Positions 8,472 through 18,527 of a stretch of DNA of 64,000 nt are shown piece by piece. The position numbers were made by a program, and so were the translations under genes. The stretch's first letter is position 1. Every line of letters starts with the position of its first letter. This DNA comes from Arenicellales bacterium. GTDB taxonomy: Bacteria > Pseudomonadota > Gammaproteobacteria > Arenicellales > Poriferihabitantaceae. The notes below the pieces were generated by a model that ran no database searches, was not told where the DNA came from, and saw nothing but the letters and a program-made list of their open reading frames with translations. The DNA lies in the NCBI GenBank assembly GCA_965116335.1, contig OZ220677.1, positions 1,315,933-1,379,932 on the forward strand, written 5' to 3'.

Positions 8472-9338
8472 ATGACCGACCCATCCTGGACACCGCCCAA
8501 AGTCTGGCGACCGGAGCAAGGGGGCGGGGGTCGCTGGGCCGGGATCAACCGTCCCGTTGCCGGTGCTACTCATGAGCGGGAGTTGCCGCGTGGCCGCCAT
8601 CCGATGCAGCTGTATTCTCTGGGCACGCCTAACGGCATCAAGGTCACGGTGATGCTGGAGGAATTGCTGGAATTGGGTCATCCGGGCGCCGAATACGATG
8701 CCTGGTATATTGATATTGGCAAGGGGGATCAGTTCGGCAGCGATTTCGTCTCCATCAATCCCAACTCGAAAATCCCCGCCCTGCTGGACTGTAGCGAACA
8801 ACAACCCGTGCGCGTATTCGAGTCCGGTGCGATTCTCTGGTATCTCGCGAACAAGTTTCAGGTACTGGCGCCAACCGACTCTTCACAACAAGCCGAGTGT
8901 CTGTCGTGGCTTTTCTGGCAGATGGGCAGCGCACCGTATCTCGGTGGCGGCTTCGGCCATTTCTACCGATACGCCCCCTGGCCGATGGAATATCCCATCC
9001 ACCGCTTCACCATGGAGGTCAAGCGGCAGCTGGATGTACTGGACCGCAATCTGGCAGACCGGCGCTATATCTGCGGGGATGAGTACACGGTGGCAGACAT
9101 CGCCATCTGGCCCTGGTACGGTCGGCTGGCGCTCAATTCTGTCTACGAGGCGGCGGAGTTTCTGGATGCAGCCTCCTACCGGCATCTTACCCGCTGGGCC
9201 AGGCAGATCGGCGAGCGGCCCGCAGTAGAGCGCGGCAAGCGTGTCAACCGTTCCTCAGACAACAATCCGGGGCTATTGCGCGAACGCCACGATGCCCGGG
9301 ATTTCGAGAACCCCGGAGAACCGCCCACCGCTTCGTAG
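8472..9338 (+). CDS. yghU: Nu-class glutathione S-transferase, YghU-like
   Basis: Near-colinear with E. coli YghU as I recall it: PPKVW...INRPVAGATHERELPRGRHPMQLYSLGTPNGIKVTVMLEELLELG..AEYDAWYIDIGKGDQFGSDFVSINPNSKIPAL. Confidence 0.9.
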   Translation: MTDPSWTPPKVWRPEQGGGGRWAGINRPVAGATHERELPRGRHPMQLYSLGTPNGIKVTVMLEELLELGHPGAEYDAWYIDIGKGDQFGSDFVSINPNSKIPALLDCSEQQPVRVFESGAILWYLANKFQVLAPTDSSQQAECLSWLFWQMGSAPYLGGGFGHFYRYAPWPMEYPIHRFTMEVKRQLDVLDRNLADRRYICGDEYTVADIAIWPWYGRLALNSVYEAAEFLDAASYRHLTRWARQIGERPAVERGKRVNRSSDNNPGLLRERHDARDFENPGEPPTAS

Positions 9339-9406
9339 ACGCTCGCCGGAACCCCGATCAGGCCGGACGACTTACAAGCTGCTGGTCAGACCCCTGTCTT
9401 CTCCAG

Positions 9407-10843
9407 TCAGGGGGATGACAGGGCCCGGTTGTCGGCGGCGGCTTCCCGGATCAGGTTCCAGAGCGCCTCCACATGGTGTCGTTCGGTCGCCTCGGCGCCG
9501 ATGGAAACCCGTACCATCCAGCGCTCATCAATCTTTGCCGGGGACAGGAATGTGGCCCCGGAACGGTTGATGGCATCTACCCAGCCCAGTGTATGCTCAT
9601 TCAGCGCCCCCCCGGTGAGACCGGGCGGGCGGTGCAGGACACATACGGTTTGCAGGGTGACCGGAGCCACCACCTCCCAATGGGCTTCAGCCATCACCTG
9701 AGCCGCCAGCCAACGGGCATTGTCAAGGTCCCGGCGCAATCGCTGGCGGATCGCTTCGGCACCGTCGAGACGCAGGTGAAACCAGAGCTTCAACGCCCGG
9801 AAGCGCCGTCCCAGCGGGATACCCCAGTCACGGTACTGCTTCACTTCACCGTCCACGCCAGAGCGTAGGTAGCTCGGATTGGTAGACATCACCCGAACCA
9901 GATGTTCGGGGTCACGCACATAGAACAGCGCACAGTCGAGAATGGTGCCCATCCACTTGTGCGGGTTCCATGAGATCGAGTCGGCACTCTCGATACCTTG
10001 CCAAAGGTGGCGACACTCCGGCAGCAACATGGCGGAACCCGCCATGGCGGCATCGACATGGAGCCAGAGGCCGTTGCGTCCAGCACACTCCGCCAGCGCC
10101 GCCACCGGGTCCATCGCGGTGATGCCGGTTGAACCCACCGAGGCCACGATGATGGCGGGCATGGCGCCAGCCGCCAGATCGCGTTCAATCATGGCTTGCA
10201 GGGCTTGCGGCTGCATGGTGCGAGTGCCGGCATCCATCGGCACCCGGCGGATGTTATCTGCGCCGAACCCGGCCAACAACGCCGCCTTGCGAACGGAAGA
10301 ATGCGCCTCGTCCGTGGTGTAGACGGTGAGAGGCGCAGATACCTGCTGAAGCCCGCCCCGGGTCTCACCGTAATCAGTCACCTTTTCCCGCGCCAGTATC
10401 ATGGCACAGAGACAGGCGGTGGATGCGGTATCATGGATCGTACCTTGCCACTCCTCCGACAGCCCAACCAGCTGGCGCATCCAATCACACACTACCTCCT
10501 CCACCTCGGTAAGAGCGGGGCAACTTTCCCAGGAAATGCCCAGAGTAGAGAGACCGGAGCTGGCGAAATCACCCAGCACAGAAGCCAGCGAGGCGTTGCA
10601 GGGAAACCAGCCGAACTGCATGGGATGCTGCATCTGGGTGATGCCCGGCACGATCAGGGTATCCAGGTCGCGCAACACATCGGCGAACGGTTGCGGCTGC
10701 TCCGGCGGAGCGTCCGGCAGTGCTTCGCGGATGTCTCCCGGAGCGACCTGCGCGCGCACGGGCCGCCCTTCAATCTGCTGACGGTAATCACAGACCCAGT
10801 CAATCAGTTCATGCGCTTGCCGCCGGAATTGTTCAGGTTTCAT
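9407..10843 (-). CDS. Group II PLP-dependent amino-acid decarboxylase (aromatic-L-amino-acid/DDC-like)
   Basis: MKPEQFRRQAHELIDWVCDYRQQIEGRPV..., HPMQFGWFPCNASLASVLGD, and the PLP-lysine motif SISWNPHKW. The track ORF extends to 11065, but that would overlap the upstream gene, so ATG 10843 is preferred. Confidence 0.85.
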   Translation of the reverse strand: MKPEQFRRQAHELIDWVCDYRQQIEGRPVRAQVAPGDIREALPDAPPEQPQPFADVLRDLDTLIVPGITQMQHPMQFGWFPCNASLASVLGDFASSGLSTLGISWESCPALTEVEEVVCDWMRQLVGLSEEWQGTIHDTASTACLCAMILAREKVTDYGETRGGLQQVSAPLTVYTTDEAHSSVRKAALLAGFGADNIRRVPMDAGTRTMQPQALQAMIERDLAAGAMPAIIVASVGSTGITAMDPVAALAECAGRNGLWLHVDAAMAGSAMLLPECRHLWQGIESADSISWNPHKWMGTILDCALFYVRDPEHLVRVMSTNPSYLRSGVDGEVKQYRDWGIPLGRRFRALKLWFHLRLDGAEAIRQRLRRDLDNARWLAAQVMAEAHWEVVAPVTLQTVCVLHRPPGLTGGALNEHTLGWVDAINRSGATFLSPAKIDERWMVRVSIGAEATERHHVEALWNLIREAAADNRALSSP

Positions 10844-10878
10844 AGTTTCTTCGTTAAAAGCAAATAGTTGTCCGCCCC

Positions 10879-12288
10879 TCACCCGATCGTGGGAGTAGAT
10901 AATAGCCACAATCCAAACACCGTATAACCCACCATCAGTATGGCCGGGAATACCTGGCTCCTGACCGCGCTTCGGGAATCTCGGCAAATATCCAGCGCGA
11001 TGACATGGGCGATAAAAATACCCATCACATGGCCGAGGACGATGACCGCCGTCTGCACACTCCATATCAGGGCGACCGCATCGAGATAATTAAAAAATGA
11101 AGTGGTCACATGGAAGTGGTTGGCGCCGAGCAGGTTCCATCCTTCGGACAACGGATCATTCCAGGCGAGCACGGCATACTGGATATTGACCAGAACACGG
11201 GTCAGGTAGTGAGCGCAATGAAAAACCAGGGATATGGGGATAATCGAGTATACCAGTCTCCCGGCAACCTCCACAAAACCGACTGTTACGCCCGCCATTT
11301 TCCAGCCCGCATACACGCACGCCAGATACAGCAAAACCAGCAACCCGAATGCGCCCGCCAGCCCCAAAGAATTATCGGGCATCACCGCGCTTCTGCCGGG
11401 AAATTCCAACGGGTTGACTCCAATCAGGCTCAACCAGAAGAAGGTTCCTGAAAGACCGTCAAAAGAAACCGTACTCAAAGTCAACAGCACGAAAAGGACG
11501 CCGGAAAGAGGCAGGGCGGGCAGGGTACTAATGGCAGAACCGGGAGCTACTATGCTGATTTCCCCCCCCCTGCCACCACCGCGCTGAAAGGGTGAAAATC
11601 TGCCGATGAGGCGAAAGAAAATAGCGAACGGCTCGCCACGCTCAAACCATTTTTCCTCACCGTATATCAATACCGCAATCAGGTTGATCAGCCACCATCC
11701 TAGCACTATCCAGGCCAGCCGGTGGGGATCTTCCGGTGCTGGATCAACCAGCTCAAACCAGGCAAACCCCGCGAACAGAAGGATCGCCGGGAAATAACCG
11801 AATCTTTCCGGCAATGCAGTATAGCGGGGTTTGAGGCGAACAATCCGCCGAACTCCCCAGGCTACGCCACTCCACGGATTGAGGTGAGTCCATAGATTGC
11901 CGGTAACGCATTGAAGCAGGGTGAACAGCACCCAGAACAGGGTCCAGACCGTGATCGGCAGTGGGTTGTGCAACGGGTCCCGGGTGCCTTCAAGACCGGC
12001 AACAATCAAGAAGGCAAACAGCACAGCCGACCCCAGGCTGCAAGGAATAACCGGAAGCCCGGAAATCCCCCTGATCGGCTGGCTGTACCCGGACAGTCGC
12101 TTGACAAGGTCCGGGGGAATGACGGCCAGCGCGATAAAAGACAGCAAGACAGCCAGCGCGCCACCGATCATATAAAACTCGGTCGGAAGTAGCAGGATCA
12201 ACCCGCGTTCGGCACTATGAGCCAAAACATCAGCCGGCCAGAAGCTCCAGCCAGGCAGTAATAATCCGGTTGACAGTCTGGTTCTCAA
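10879..12288 (-). CDS. Polytopic integral membrane protein, unknown function
   Basis: About 12 hydrophobic segments. The track start is TTG overlapping the livF-like stop (TTGA), so the true start is uncertain. No recognisable motif. Confidence 0.6.
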   Translation of the reverse strand: MRTRLSTGLLLPGWSFWPADVLAHSAERGLILLLPTEFYMIGGALAVLLSFIALAVIPPDLVKRLSGYSQPIRGISGLPVIPCSLGSAVLFAFLIVAGLEGTRDPLHNPLPITVWTLFWVLFTLLQCVTGNLWTHLNPWSGVAWGVRRIVRLKPRYTALPERFGYFPAILLFAGFAWFELVDPAPEDPHRLAWIVLGWWLINLIAVLIYGEEKWFERGEPFAIFFRLIGRFSPFQRGGGRGGEISIVAPGSAISTLPALPLSGVLFVLLTLSTVSFDGLSGTFFWLSLIGVNPLEFPGRSAVMPDNSLGLAGAFGLLVLLYLACVYAGWKMAGVTVGFVEVAGRLVYSIIPISLVFHCAHYLTRVLVNIQYAVLAWNDPLSEGWNLLGANHFHVTTSFFNYLDAVALIWSVQTAVIVLGHVMGIFIAHVIALDICRDSRSAVRSQVFPAILMVGYTVFGLWLLSTPTIG

Positions 12289-12995
12289 TCCGTTCGTCCG
12301 ATACCGATATAACGCCTGACCAGCTCCTCGTTACGCTCTACCTCCGCCACATCCAGCGGTTCATGCAGAACGCCGTTCTCCATGAATGCGACGCGGTCAG
12401 CGACTCCCAGCACTGCATCAATTCGCTGTTCCACAAGCAGAATACCCACCCCCTCTGTAGCGAGCCGACTAATGACCGCACGGATGGTTGAAATCATCGA
12501 CGGCATCAACCCCTCGGTGGGTTCATCCAGCAAAAGCAGGGCAGGCTGCAAGCATAAGGCTCTGGCCATAGCCAGCATCTGCTGTTCTCCTCCACTCAGC
12601 GTGCCGGAAACCTGGTTAAGCCGCGCCCGCAGAGTCGGGAACAACTCCAATGCCTGATCGAGGAGGCGCTTGTCCTGTTTCTTCAGCAACAGGCCGATCT
12701 CAAGATTCTCCGCCACGGTCAGTTCCGCAAACAGTCGTCTTCCCTGAGGCACATAACCCACTCCAGAGCCAGGAATTTGGTGTGCATCCAGAGTCATCAA
12801 CTCCACTCCGTTCAACCGGATTTCCCCTGAGCGGAACGGCATCAGGCCCATGATCGTTTTTAACAGGGAGGTTTTCCCGGCGCCGTTTCGGCCCAGCAGA
12901 CAAAGCACCTCTCCGGCTTCCAGTCGAAATGAAACACTCCGCACCACATGACTGTCCTGAGTATACCCGGCGCTGACATGGCTGGCTGAAAACAT
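12285..12995 (-). CDS. livF: Branched-chain-amino-acid-type ABC transporter ATP-binding protein (LivF-like)
   Basis: GRNGAGKTSLLKTIMG, LSGGEQQMLAMARAL, LLLLDEPTEGL. ATG at 12995 is preferred over the track start at 13052. Confidence 0.85.
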   Translation of the reverse strand: MFSASHVSAGYTQDSHVVRSVSFRLEAGEVLCLLGRNGAGKTSLLKTIMGLMPFRSGEIRLNGVELMTLDAHQIPGSGVGYVPQGRRLFAELTVAENLEIGLLLKKQDKRLLDQALELFPTLRARLNQVSGTLSGGEQQMLAMARALCLQPALLLLDEPTEGLMPSMISTIRAVISRLATEGVGILLVEQRIDAVLGVADRVAFMENGVLHEPLDVAEVERNEELVRRYIGIGRTD

Positions 12996-12999
12996 ACGC

Positions 13000-13734
13000 T
13001 CACACACGCCCCAGATAAGCAGTCTGGACGGCCTCGTTGCGCTGGATTTCATCGGCAGTGCCCTCGGCCAGGATAGCGCCCTGATTCATGACCGTAATCC
13101 GGTCCGACAGGGCAGTGACCACCGGCACATTATGTTCAATCAGCAGGATGGTGGTAGATTGCCTGATTTCCCGTATCAGGGACTGGAATACTTCCGTCTC
13201 GCCATCAGACAATCCCTGAGTCGGTTCATCCAGTATCAGCAGCAACGGAGACAGCGCCAGTCCCATGGCTATTTCCAGCAATCGCTGGTGACCGTAGGCG
13301 ATTTCTCCCGCCTTTTGCCGCGAGTCAATGCGAAGCCCCACCCGACGCAGACACTCGATCACGACCTCATCCACAGACCGCGCCGGGTTAGCGGCAACCG
13401 GGGGTTGCCGGACTTGCGTGCGAAGCTGCGCGGCGATGGCGACATTCTCAAAAACCGACAGGGCCGGGTAGATGCTGGTGATTTGAAAGGTATAGGCAAT
13501 GCCGAGCCGTACTCTGCGCCAGGTCGGCAAGGATGTGATTTCTTTGCCACAGAGCCGGATGGATCCGTTGTCCGGAGACAATCGCCCGGACAGGAGGCTG
13601 GCCAGAGTGGTTTTTCCGGCGCCATTGGGACCGATGATTGAGCGTACCTCGCCAGTATTCACCGAGAAGTCCACACTGCGAACCGCCTGTAATCCACCAA
13701 ACGACCGCGACAAATTGCGAGTCTCGATCAGCAT
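13000..13734 (-). CDS. livG: Branched-chain-amino-acid-type ABC transporter ATP-binding protein (LivG-like)
   Basis: MLIETRNLSRSFGGLQAV..GPNGAGKTT. ATG 13734 overlaps the livM-like stop (TAATG). An upstream in-frame start at 13755 is also possible. Confidence 0.85.
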   Translation of the reverse strand: MLIETRNLSRSFGGLQAVRSVDFSVNTGEVRSIIGPNGAGKTTLASLLSGRLSPDNGSIRLCGKEITSLPTWRRVRLGIAYTFQITSIYPALSVFENVAIAAQLRTQVRQPPVAANPARSVDEVVIECLRRVGLRIDSRQKAGEIAYGHQRLLEIAMGLALSPLLLILDEPTQGLSDGETEVFQSLIREIRQSTTILLIEHNVPVVTALSDRITVMNQGAILAEGTADEIQRNEAVQTAYLGRV

Positions 13735-14696
13735 TACGGCAACCAGGCTATCCATCGCTCCCGCACGGCACCGAGAATGCCTTTAGGGAAATACAGGATC
13801 AGGAATATCAGTACGACTCCGGCAACCAGCAGCCAGGCGGCGGTATAGTTGCTGGCAATATCAATCAGGTAAAACATCAGGAAGCTGCCCACCAATGGAC
13901 CCAGCACTGTGCCAGCGCCTCCCACCAGAGTGAACAGCAGGGCATCAATGGAATAACTGATACTGGCGAAAGAAGATCCGATATAGGCAAACAACAAGGC
14001 GTAAGCGCCACCGGCGGCAGCGGACAGGGTTCCCGATATGACCACCGCCTTGAGCTTGATGGCAAAGGTATTGTAACCCAGCATACGAGTCCTCTCCTCG
14101 TTTTCACGGATGGCGATCAATATCCTGCCGGTCGGGCCATTGACCAGGCGATAAATAGTAGTCAGACAGACGGTTAGCAGAGCCAACGCGATAAAATACC
14201 GGGTAGCGGGGTCTGTCAGGTTTAATTGCCAGCCCATCCATTGCAGGCTTCGCGCCGACTCAGGCAGAACCAGTCCCTCATCGCCTCGGGTATAGGTGGT
14301 GAAATGCAGGGTGGCCAGGTAAGCCACCTGAGCAAACATCAGGGTAACAATCATGAATGCCACGCCGCGAGTACGCAATGCGATAGCACCGATTACCACC
14401 GAGACCAGAGCGCCTGACAACACGGCAAAAACGAACGCGGCAACCACACCCCACTCCAGATGATAAGCCGTCAGGCCCGCACCATACAGCCCGGTAGCGA
14501 AAAACATGGCATGCCCCAGACTCAGCAATCCGGTATAGCCGAACAGAACATTGAAGCCCATGGCAAAAACCGCCAGCACCATGATCCGGGTCGCGGTCAG
14601 ATGATGATATTCCGGGAGCACGAACTGTAGAACGAAAAGGATCACGATAACCGCACTATGCAGCAGCAGAGACTTGTTTTTAACCAGCCCCCTCAT
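13734..14696 (-). CDS. livM: ABC transporter permease (LivM-like)
   Basis: 320-aa polytopic protein with LivM-type motifs (GYTGLLSLGHAMFFATGLY). ATGA overlap with the livH-like gene. Confidence 0.85.
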   Translation of the reverse strand: MRGLVKNKSLLLHSAVIVILFVLQFVLPEYHHLTATRIMVLAVFAMGFNVLFGYTGLLSLGHAMFFATGLYGAGLTAYHLEWGVVAAFVFAVLSGALVSVVIGAIALRTRGVAFMIVTLMFAQVAYLATLHFTTYTRGDEGLVLPESARSLQWMGWQLNLTDPATRYFIALALLTVCLTTIYRLVNGPTGRILIAIRENEERTRMLGYNTFAIKLKAVVISGTLSAAAGGAYALLFAYIGSSFASISYSIDALLFTLVGGAGTVLGPLVGSFLMFYLIDIASNYTAAWLLVAGVVLIFLILYFPKGILGAVRERWIAWLP

Positions 14697-15574
14697 CGCT
14701 GCTTGACTCCGAACAGCCCTTCGGGCTTGAACACCAGCACCATGGCAACCAGAAATGTAGCGGTCATCTTGGCCAGCGTAGGCGAGAAGAACATGGAAAT
14801 GATGCCATCGCTCATGCCAATCACAATCGCCGCAACCAGGGTGCCACGGATACTGCCGAGTCCGCCGGTTATAACCACGATAAATGACATCAGCAACGGG
14901 TCCAGACCCATCAGGTAGTGCGCCTGTCGAATCGGAACAATCAGCACCGCCGCCAGCGCCGCGAACAGAGCGCCGACAGCGAAAACCCAGCCGTAAACAC
15001 GAGTTACCGGAATACCGAAGGCTTGTGCCATCTCACCATCGACCTGGGTGGCTCGCATGATCAGGCCAGCGCGGGTACGGCTGAGCACATACCAGCTGCC
15101 GAGCAGAATAATAGCAGCCATCACAATCACCAGCAGCTTGTAGCCGGAATAACCGAACCAGGGGAAGTCAACCCGGAAATACAGAGGCGGCTGCACCGGC
15201 CTGGCATCGGGACCGAACAGCAACAAGGCAGACTGCTGCAGAATATACAAAACCCCGATAGTGGCGACGATGGTGGCCTCTGGATTGTAGTCGAGCCTCT
15301 TGAGAACCAGTCGTTCACTGCAAAAGGCAATGACTCCAACCAGAGCCGGGCCAATCACCAGCGCCGCCAGAAATCCGGCCGCAGGATGAAGCGGGAACAA
15401 GCTGGTAATCCACCAGGCCAGAACCGCACCTAGCATATAAAACTCGCCATGCGCGACATTGACGATACGCATGACCCCGAACACCAGACACAATCCCAGC
15501 GCGGTCAGACTCAGCACCGCCGATTGCACCAGCCCTTCCAGAGAAGCGAGCAGCAGGAATGGCCCGAAATCCAT
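14693..15574 (-). CDS. livH: ABC transporter permease (LivH-like)
   Basis: MDFGPFLLLASLEGLVQSAVLSLTALGLCLVFGVMRIVNVAHGEFYMLG is a LivH signature. The track start 15589 is TTG, so ATG 15574 is preferred. Confidence 0.85.
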   Translation of the reverse strand: MDFGPFLLLASLEGLVQSAVLSLTALGLCLVFGVMRIVNVAHGEFYMLGAVLAWWITSLFPLHPAAGFLAALVIGPALVGVIAFCSERLVLKRLDYNPEATIVATIGVLYILQQSALLLFGPDARPVQPPLYFRVDFPWFGYSGYKLLVIVMAAIILLGSWYVLSRTRAGLIMRATQVDGEMAQAFGIPVTRVYGWVFAVGALFAALAAVLIVPIRQAHYLMGLDPLLMSFIVVITGGLGSIRGTLVAAIVIGMSDGIISMFFSPTLAKMTATFLVAMVLVFKPEGLFGVKQR

Positions 15575-15638
15575 GAATGAATCCGCCAAAGACGGCCTAT
15601 CCCGTTGCCGGGGCGAACCGTCTACAATATGCCAATGC

Positions 15639-16943
15639 TTACAGATCCATCAACGTGTAATCGGCCGCGGGTTCGTACAGGCCATCCTCGATAGAGGTCC
15701 GGTGCACTACATTGAGACGGCCACCTTCAACCCGTGAGATACTCTGATGCCCGAAGCTCTGGTGAATCCTGCTATTGAAAACCTTGTCCCCCTGGGGATG
15801 GTTCCTGCCTTCGGGGAATTCCTGTAGTGACTCGGTCGCCTCGATCAACGCTTTTTTATCTGCCGGGGTGGGCGCCGAATAGCCACTCAACTCCATCGCC
15901 TGCTTGATAATGAACAGGGTTTCCCAACAACCGAACATGTGAGAATAAGTCGATACATCGCGGGCATCATTCACGCTGGTGCCATTCTGATCCACTCCCA
16001 CAGCCTGACGATAAAAAGCGTCATGCTCGCTCTGCCCGCTCTGGGCATAACGGGGATAAGCCTCCCAGAAGTGCGTCCCCTCCAGAAATTCAAGCTGGGG
16101 AGTAGACAGATCAACCGCTTCCAGAGAATCTATAAAACCAAAGATTTGCGGACGGTTACTGCCAAAATGCTGCCCCATCTCCTTGACGAAAGTGAGCACG
16201 CCCGGGCCAACCATGACATGGTACAGCACCTCGGTAGCGGAGGGTATTCTGGGCAGATAACGGGTAAACGAAGACTCGGTCGGGGGCACCGCAATCAGTT
16301 CAAGCACCTCACCACCCTGCGCCTCAATAGCGGCAGAAAAATAGTCTCGATGATCATGGCCGAAAGCAAAATCCGGAAAGATCATGGTGACCTTCTTGCC
16401 CAGATTCTCCGCCACCCAGGGCGCCATGGAAATAACCTGGGATCGGACATCGGTTATTCCGGGCTGGAATACATAACGATTCAGGCTGCCCGAAGCGACG
16501 TGATGGCCTTCAGATACCACATAATAGGGCAGTTTCAGTTCTCCGGCCCGGGGTGAGGAGCCGATGACCACATGGGAAAACAGAGTGCCGTAAGCGACAT
16601 CCACCTTATGCAGAGTGGCGAATTTTTCGATCACTTCGGCGCCGCGCTTGGGGTCCGTACCATCGTCCTCGATCACCAGCTCAAGCGGACGGCCATTAAT
16701 CCCGCCCTCGTCATTGATGAGCCGGGCCGCCGCCGATGCAGTGCGCTCATACCACCTGCCATAGGAGGCGCCAATTCCGGTTCTGTGTAATTGCATACCG
16801 ACCTTGATGGGCAGGTCAGAGCCGGATACCCAGGCTGTCATTGCGGGATTGAATTGGGCCGCCGCAGTGAGTGCCGCGATGGTTCCCGCTTTCTTCAGCG
16901 TCGCTCTTTTCGCGGGGTTGATGGATGCATCTTTTGTTTTCAT
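15639..16943 (-). CDS. Periplasmic substrate-binding protein (type-1 PBP, Leu/Ile/Val/amide family), ligand unknown
   Basis: N-terminal signal region and a strong GGAGG RBS. IKVGMQLHRTGIGASYGRWYERTASAAARLINDEGGINGRPLELVIEDDGTDPKRG is typical of LivK-type binding proteins. Confidence 0.8.
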   Translation of the reverse strand: MKTKDASINPAKRATLKKAGTIAALTAAAQFNPAMTAWVSGSDLPIKVGMQLHRTGIGASYGRWYERTASAAARLINDEGGINGRPLELVIEDDGTDPKRGAEVIEKFATLHKVDVAYGTLFSHVVIGSSPRAGELKLPYYVVSEGHHVASGSLNRYVFQPGITDVRSQVISMAPWVAENLGKKVTMIFPDFAFGHDHRDYFSAAIEAQGGEVLELIAVPPTESSFTRYLPRIPSATEVLYHVMVGPGVLTFVKEMGQHFGSNRPQIFGFIDSLEAVDLSTPQLEFLEGTHFWEAYPRYAQSGQSEHDAFYRQAVGVDQNGTSVNDARDVSTYSHMFGCWETLFIIKQAMELSGYSAPTPADKKALIEATESLQEFPEGRNHPQGDKVFNSRIHQSFGHQSISRVEGGRLNVVHRTSIEDGLYEPAADYTLMDL

Positions 16944-16969
16944 CTTTATCTCCTCCAGTCATATAGGAA

Positions 16970-17818
16970 TTATTTGATTGAAATACCCGGTTCATCCGGT
17001 TTCCAGGCTGTAAAACAGACTCCGCCGAGATTGCCTGCCGTAAACAGGTTGACAATCGCATGGTAAAACTCCGACAGGCCATTCACGACTTGCTGCCCGT
17101 GCAGCTTTTCGTTGCGTTGCCTGGCGTTTTCGAAAGCGGCTTGCCGCTCAACCACAAACCGAGTCCATTCGACGGATTTGTCCACCAGTTTGATGCGGGT
17201 GAATCCCGCTTCGGAAAGCTCATCGAAATACTCGTCCAGAGTCGGCACACGGTCACAGCGCACTTCCCGGCTCAACAACCGCTTATCCTGGTCGCTCAGC
17301 GGATTACGCTCGAAATAATCTTCGACATAGAGACCGGCTCCGGGCTTCAAGGCCGAAAAGCAATGACCATAAAGAGCGCGGCGATCCGGGATATGCAAGA
17401 ATGTAAGCCAGCTAACCAGCGCGTCATATTGCCGGTTCCCAGGCGGGCCATCCAGTATATCGCCGCACAGATGAGTCACCTTGTCCACAAGACGGCAGCG
17501 GGCGGTCAGTTTCATCGCCGTCGCATTCAATTCCGGTTGCAACTCCAGAGCCGTTATCCTGCATCCCGAAGTGTGCGCAAGATAACGCGCCGGGCCACCG
17601 ATTCCAGCACCCACCTCCATGATCTCCATGCCCGAATCTATACCCAGCTTTCGGATAGCCTCATCCACAGCATCCGTGCCAAGGTAATGGTATTGATCGA
17701 ATGCGCTCAACACCGACACATCGAGCGGTTCCTGCTCACCGATGCCAAGAGCGGCCAACTCGTTGAATACCCGGTCTACCTGATGGTAGAGCTTCATGTC
17801 CGCTATGTCATCCGTCAT
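16970..17818 (-). CDS. Class I SAM-dependent methyltransferase, phosphoethanolamine/sarcosine N-methyltransferase-like
   Basis: Motif I MEIMEVGAGIGGPARYLA, preceded by FDQYHYLGTDAVDEAI. The C-terminal part resembles PMT-type N-methyltransferases as I recall them. The track start 17887 is TTG, so ATG 17818 is preferred. Confidence 0.7.
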   Translation of the reverse strand: MTDDIADMKLYHQVDRVFNELAALGIGEQEPLDVSVLSAFDQYHYLGTDAVDEAIRKLGIDSGMEIMEVGAGIGGPARYLAHTSGCRITALELQPELNATAMKLTARCRLVDKVTHLCGDILDGPPGNRQYDALVSWLTFLHIPDRRALYGHCFSALKPGAGLYVEDYFERNPLSDQDKRLLSREVRCDRVPTLDEYFDELSEAGFTRIKLVDKSVEWTRFVVERQAAFENARQRNEKLHGQQVVNGLSEFYHAIVNLFTAGNLGGVCFTAWKPDEPGISIK

Positions 17819-17886
17819 GTTGAGTTGTTGGAAGGCTGTTGCTGATGGTTTATTATGGCATAGTTCCAGATAACAGAGATTGTTCA

Positions 17887-18522
17887 ATGAAAAAAATGAT
17901 ACAAAACAACACGGATTGCCTGCTGATTATTGATGTGCAAAACGATTTTTGCACTGGAGGAGCGCTGGAAGTCCCGGATGGGGACGCGGTGGTTCCGGTC
18001 ATCAATGCGGTTTCAAAAGAATTCCAGCACCGCATACTGACTCAGGACTGGCACCCTGCAAACCACAGTTCCTTTGCATCCAGCCATCCCGGACATTCCC
18101 CGTTTGATCCGATCAGTATGCCTTACGGGAACCAGGTTTTATGGCCGGATCATTGTGTCCAGGGTTCTTCAGGAGCCGCCTTCCATCCCCGGCTTGATAT
18201 TACCAACGCAGAGTTGATTCTCCGCAAGGGCTTTCGGGTGGCGATAGATTCCTATTCCGCGTTTTTTGAAAATGACCAGACCACTCCGACCGGACTTACC
18301 GGTTATCTGCGGAGCCGTGGATTCGAGCGCATTTTCATGGCTGGACTGGCGACCGATTTTTGTGTGGCCTGGTCGGCTCTGGATGCCCGGTCAGAAGGTT
18401 TTGATGTAGTCCTGATCGAAGATGCCTGTCGCGCCATTGACATGGAGGGCTCATTGGCGACAGCCATGAAACAAATGGATGACAGGAATGTCATCAGAAT
18501 GCAATCAAATTCCTTGACATAA
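17887..18522 (+). CDS. pncA: Nicotinamidase/pyrazinamidase (isochorismatase family)
   Basis: LLIIDVQNDFCTGGALEVPDGDAVVPVIN, DWHPANHSSF, GLATDFCV (catalytic Cys). Confidence 0.9.
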   Translation: MKKMIQNNTDCLLIIDVQNDFCTGGALEVPDGDAVVPVINAVSKEFQHRILTQDWHPANHSSFASSHPGHSPFDPISMPYGNQVLWPDHCVQGSSGAAFHPRLDITNAELILRKGFRVAIDSYSAFFENDQTTPTGLTGYLRSRGFERIFMAGLATDFCVAWSALDARSEGFDVVLIEDACRAIDMEGSLATAMKQMDDRNVIRMQSNSLT

Positions 18523-18527
18523 GGTGG

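Noticed and set aside
10844-11065. N-terminal 74 codons of track ORF 9407..11065
   Set aside because: This stretch overlaps the end of the upstream membrane-protein gene. Decarboxylase homology starts at MKPEQFRR (ATG 10843).
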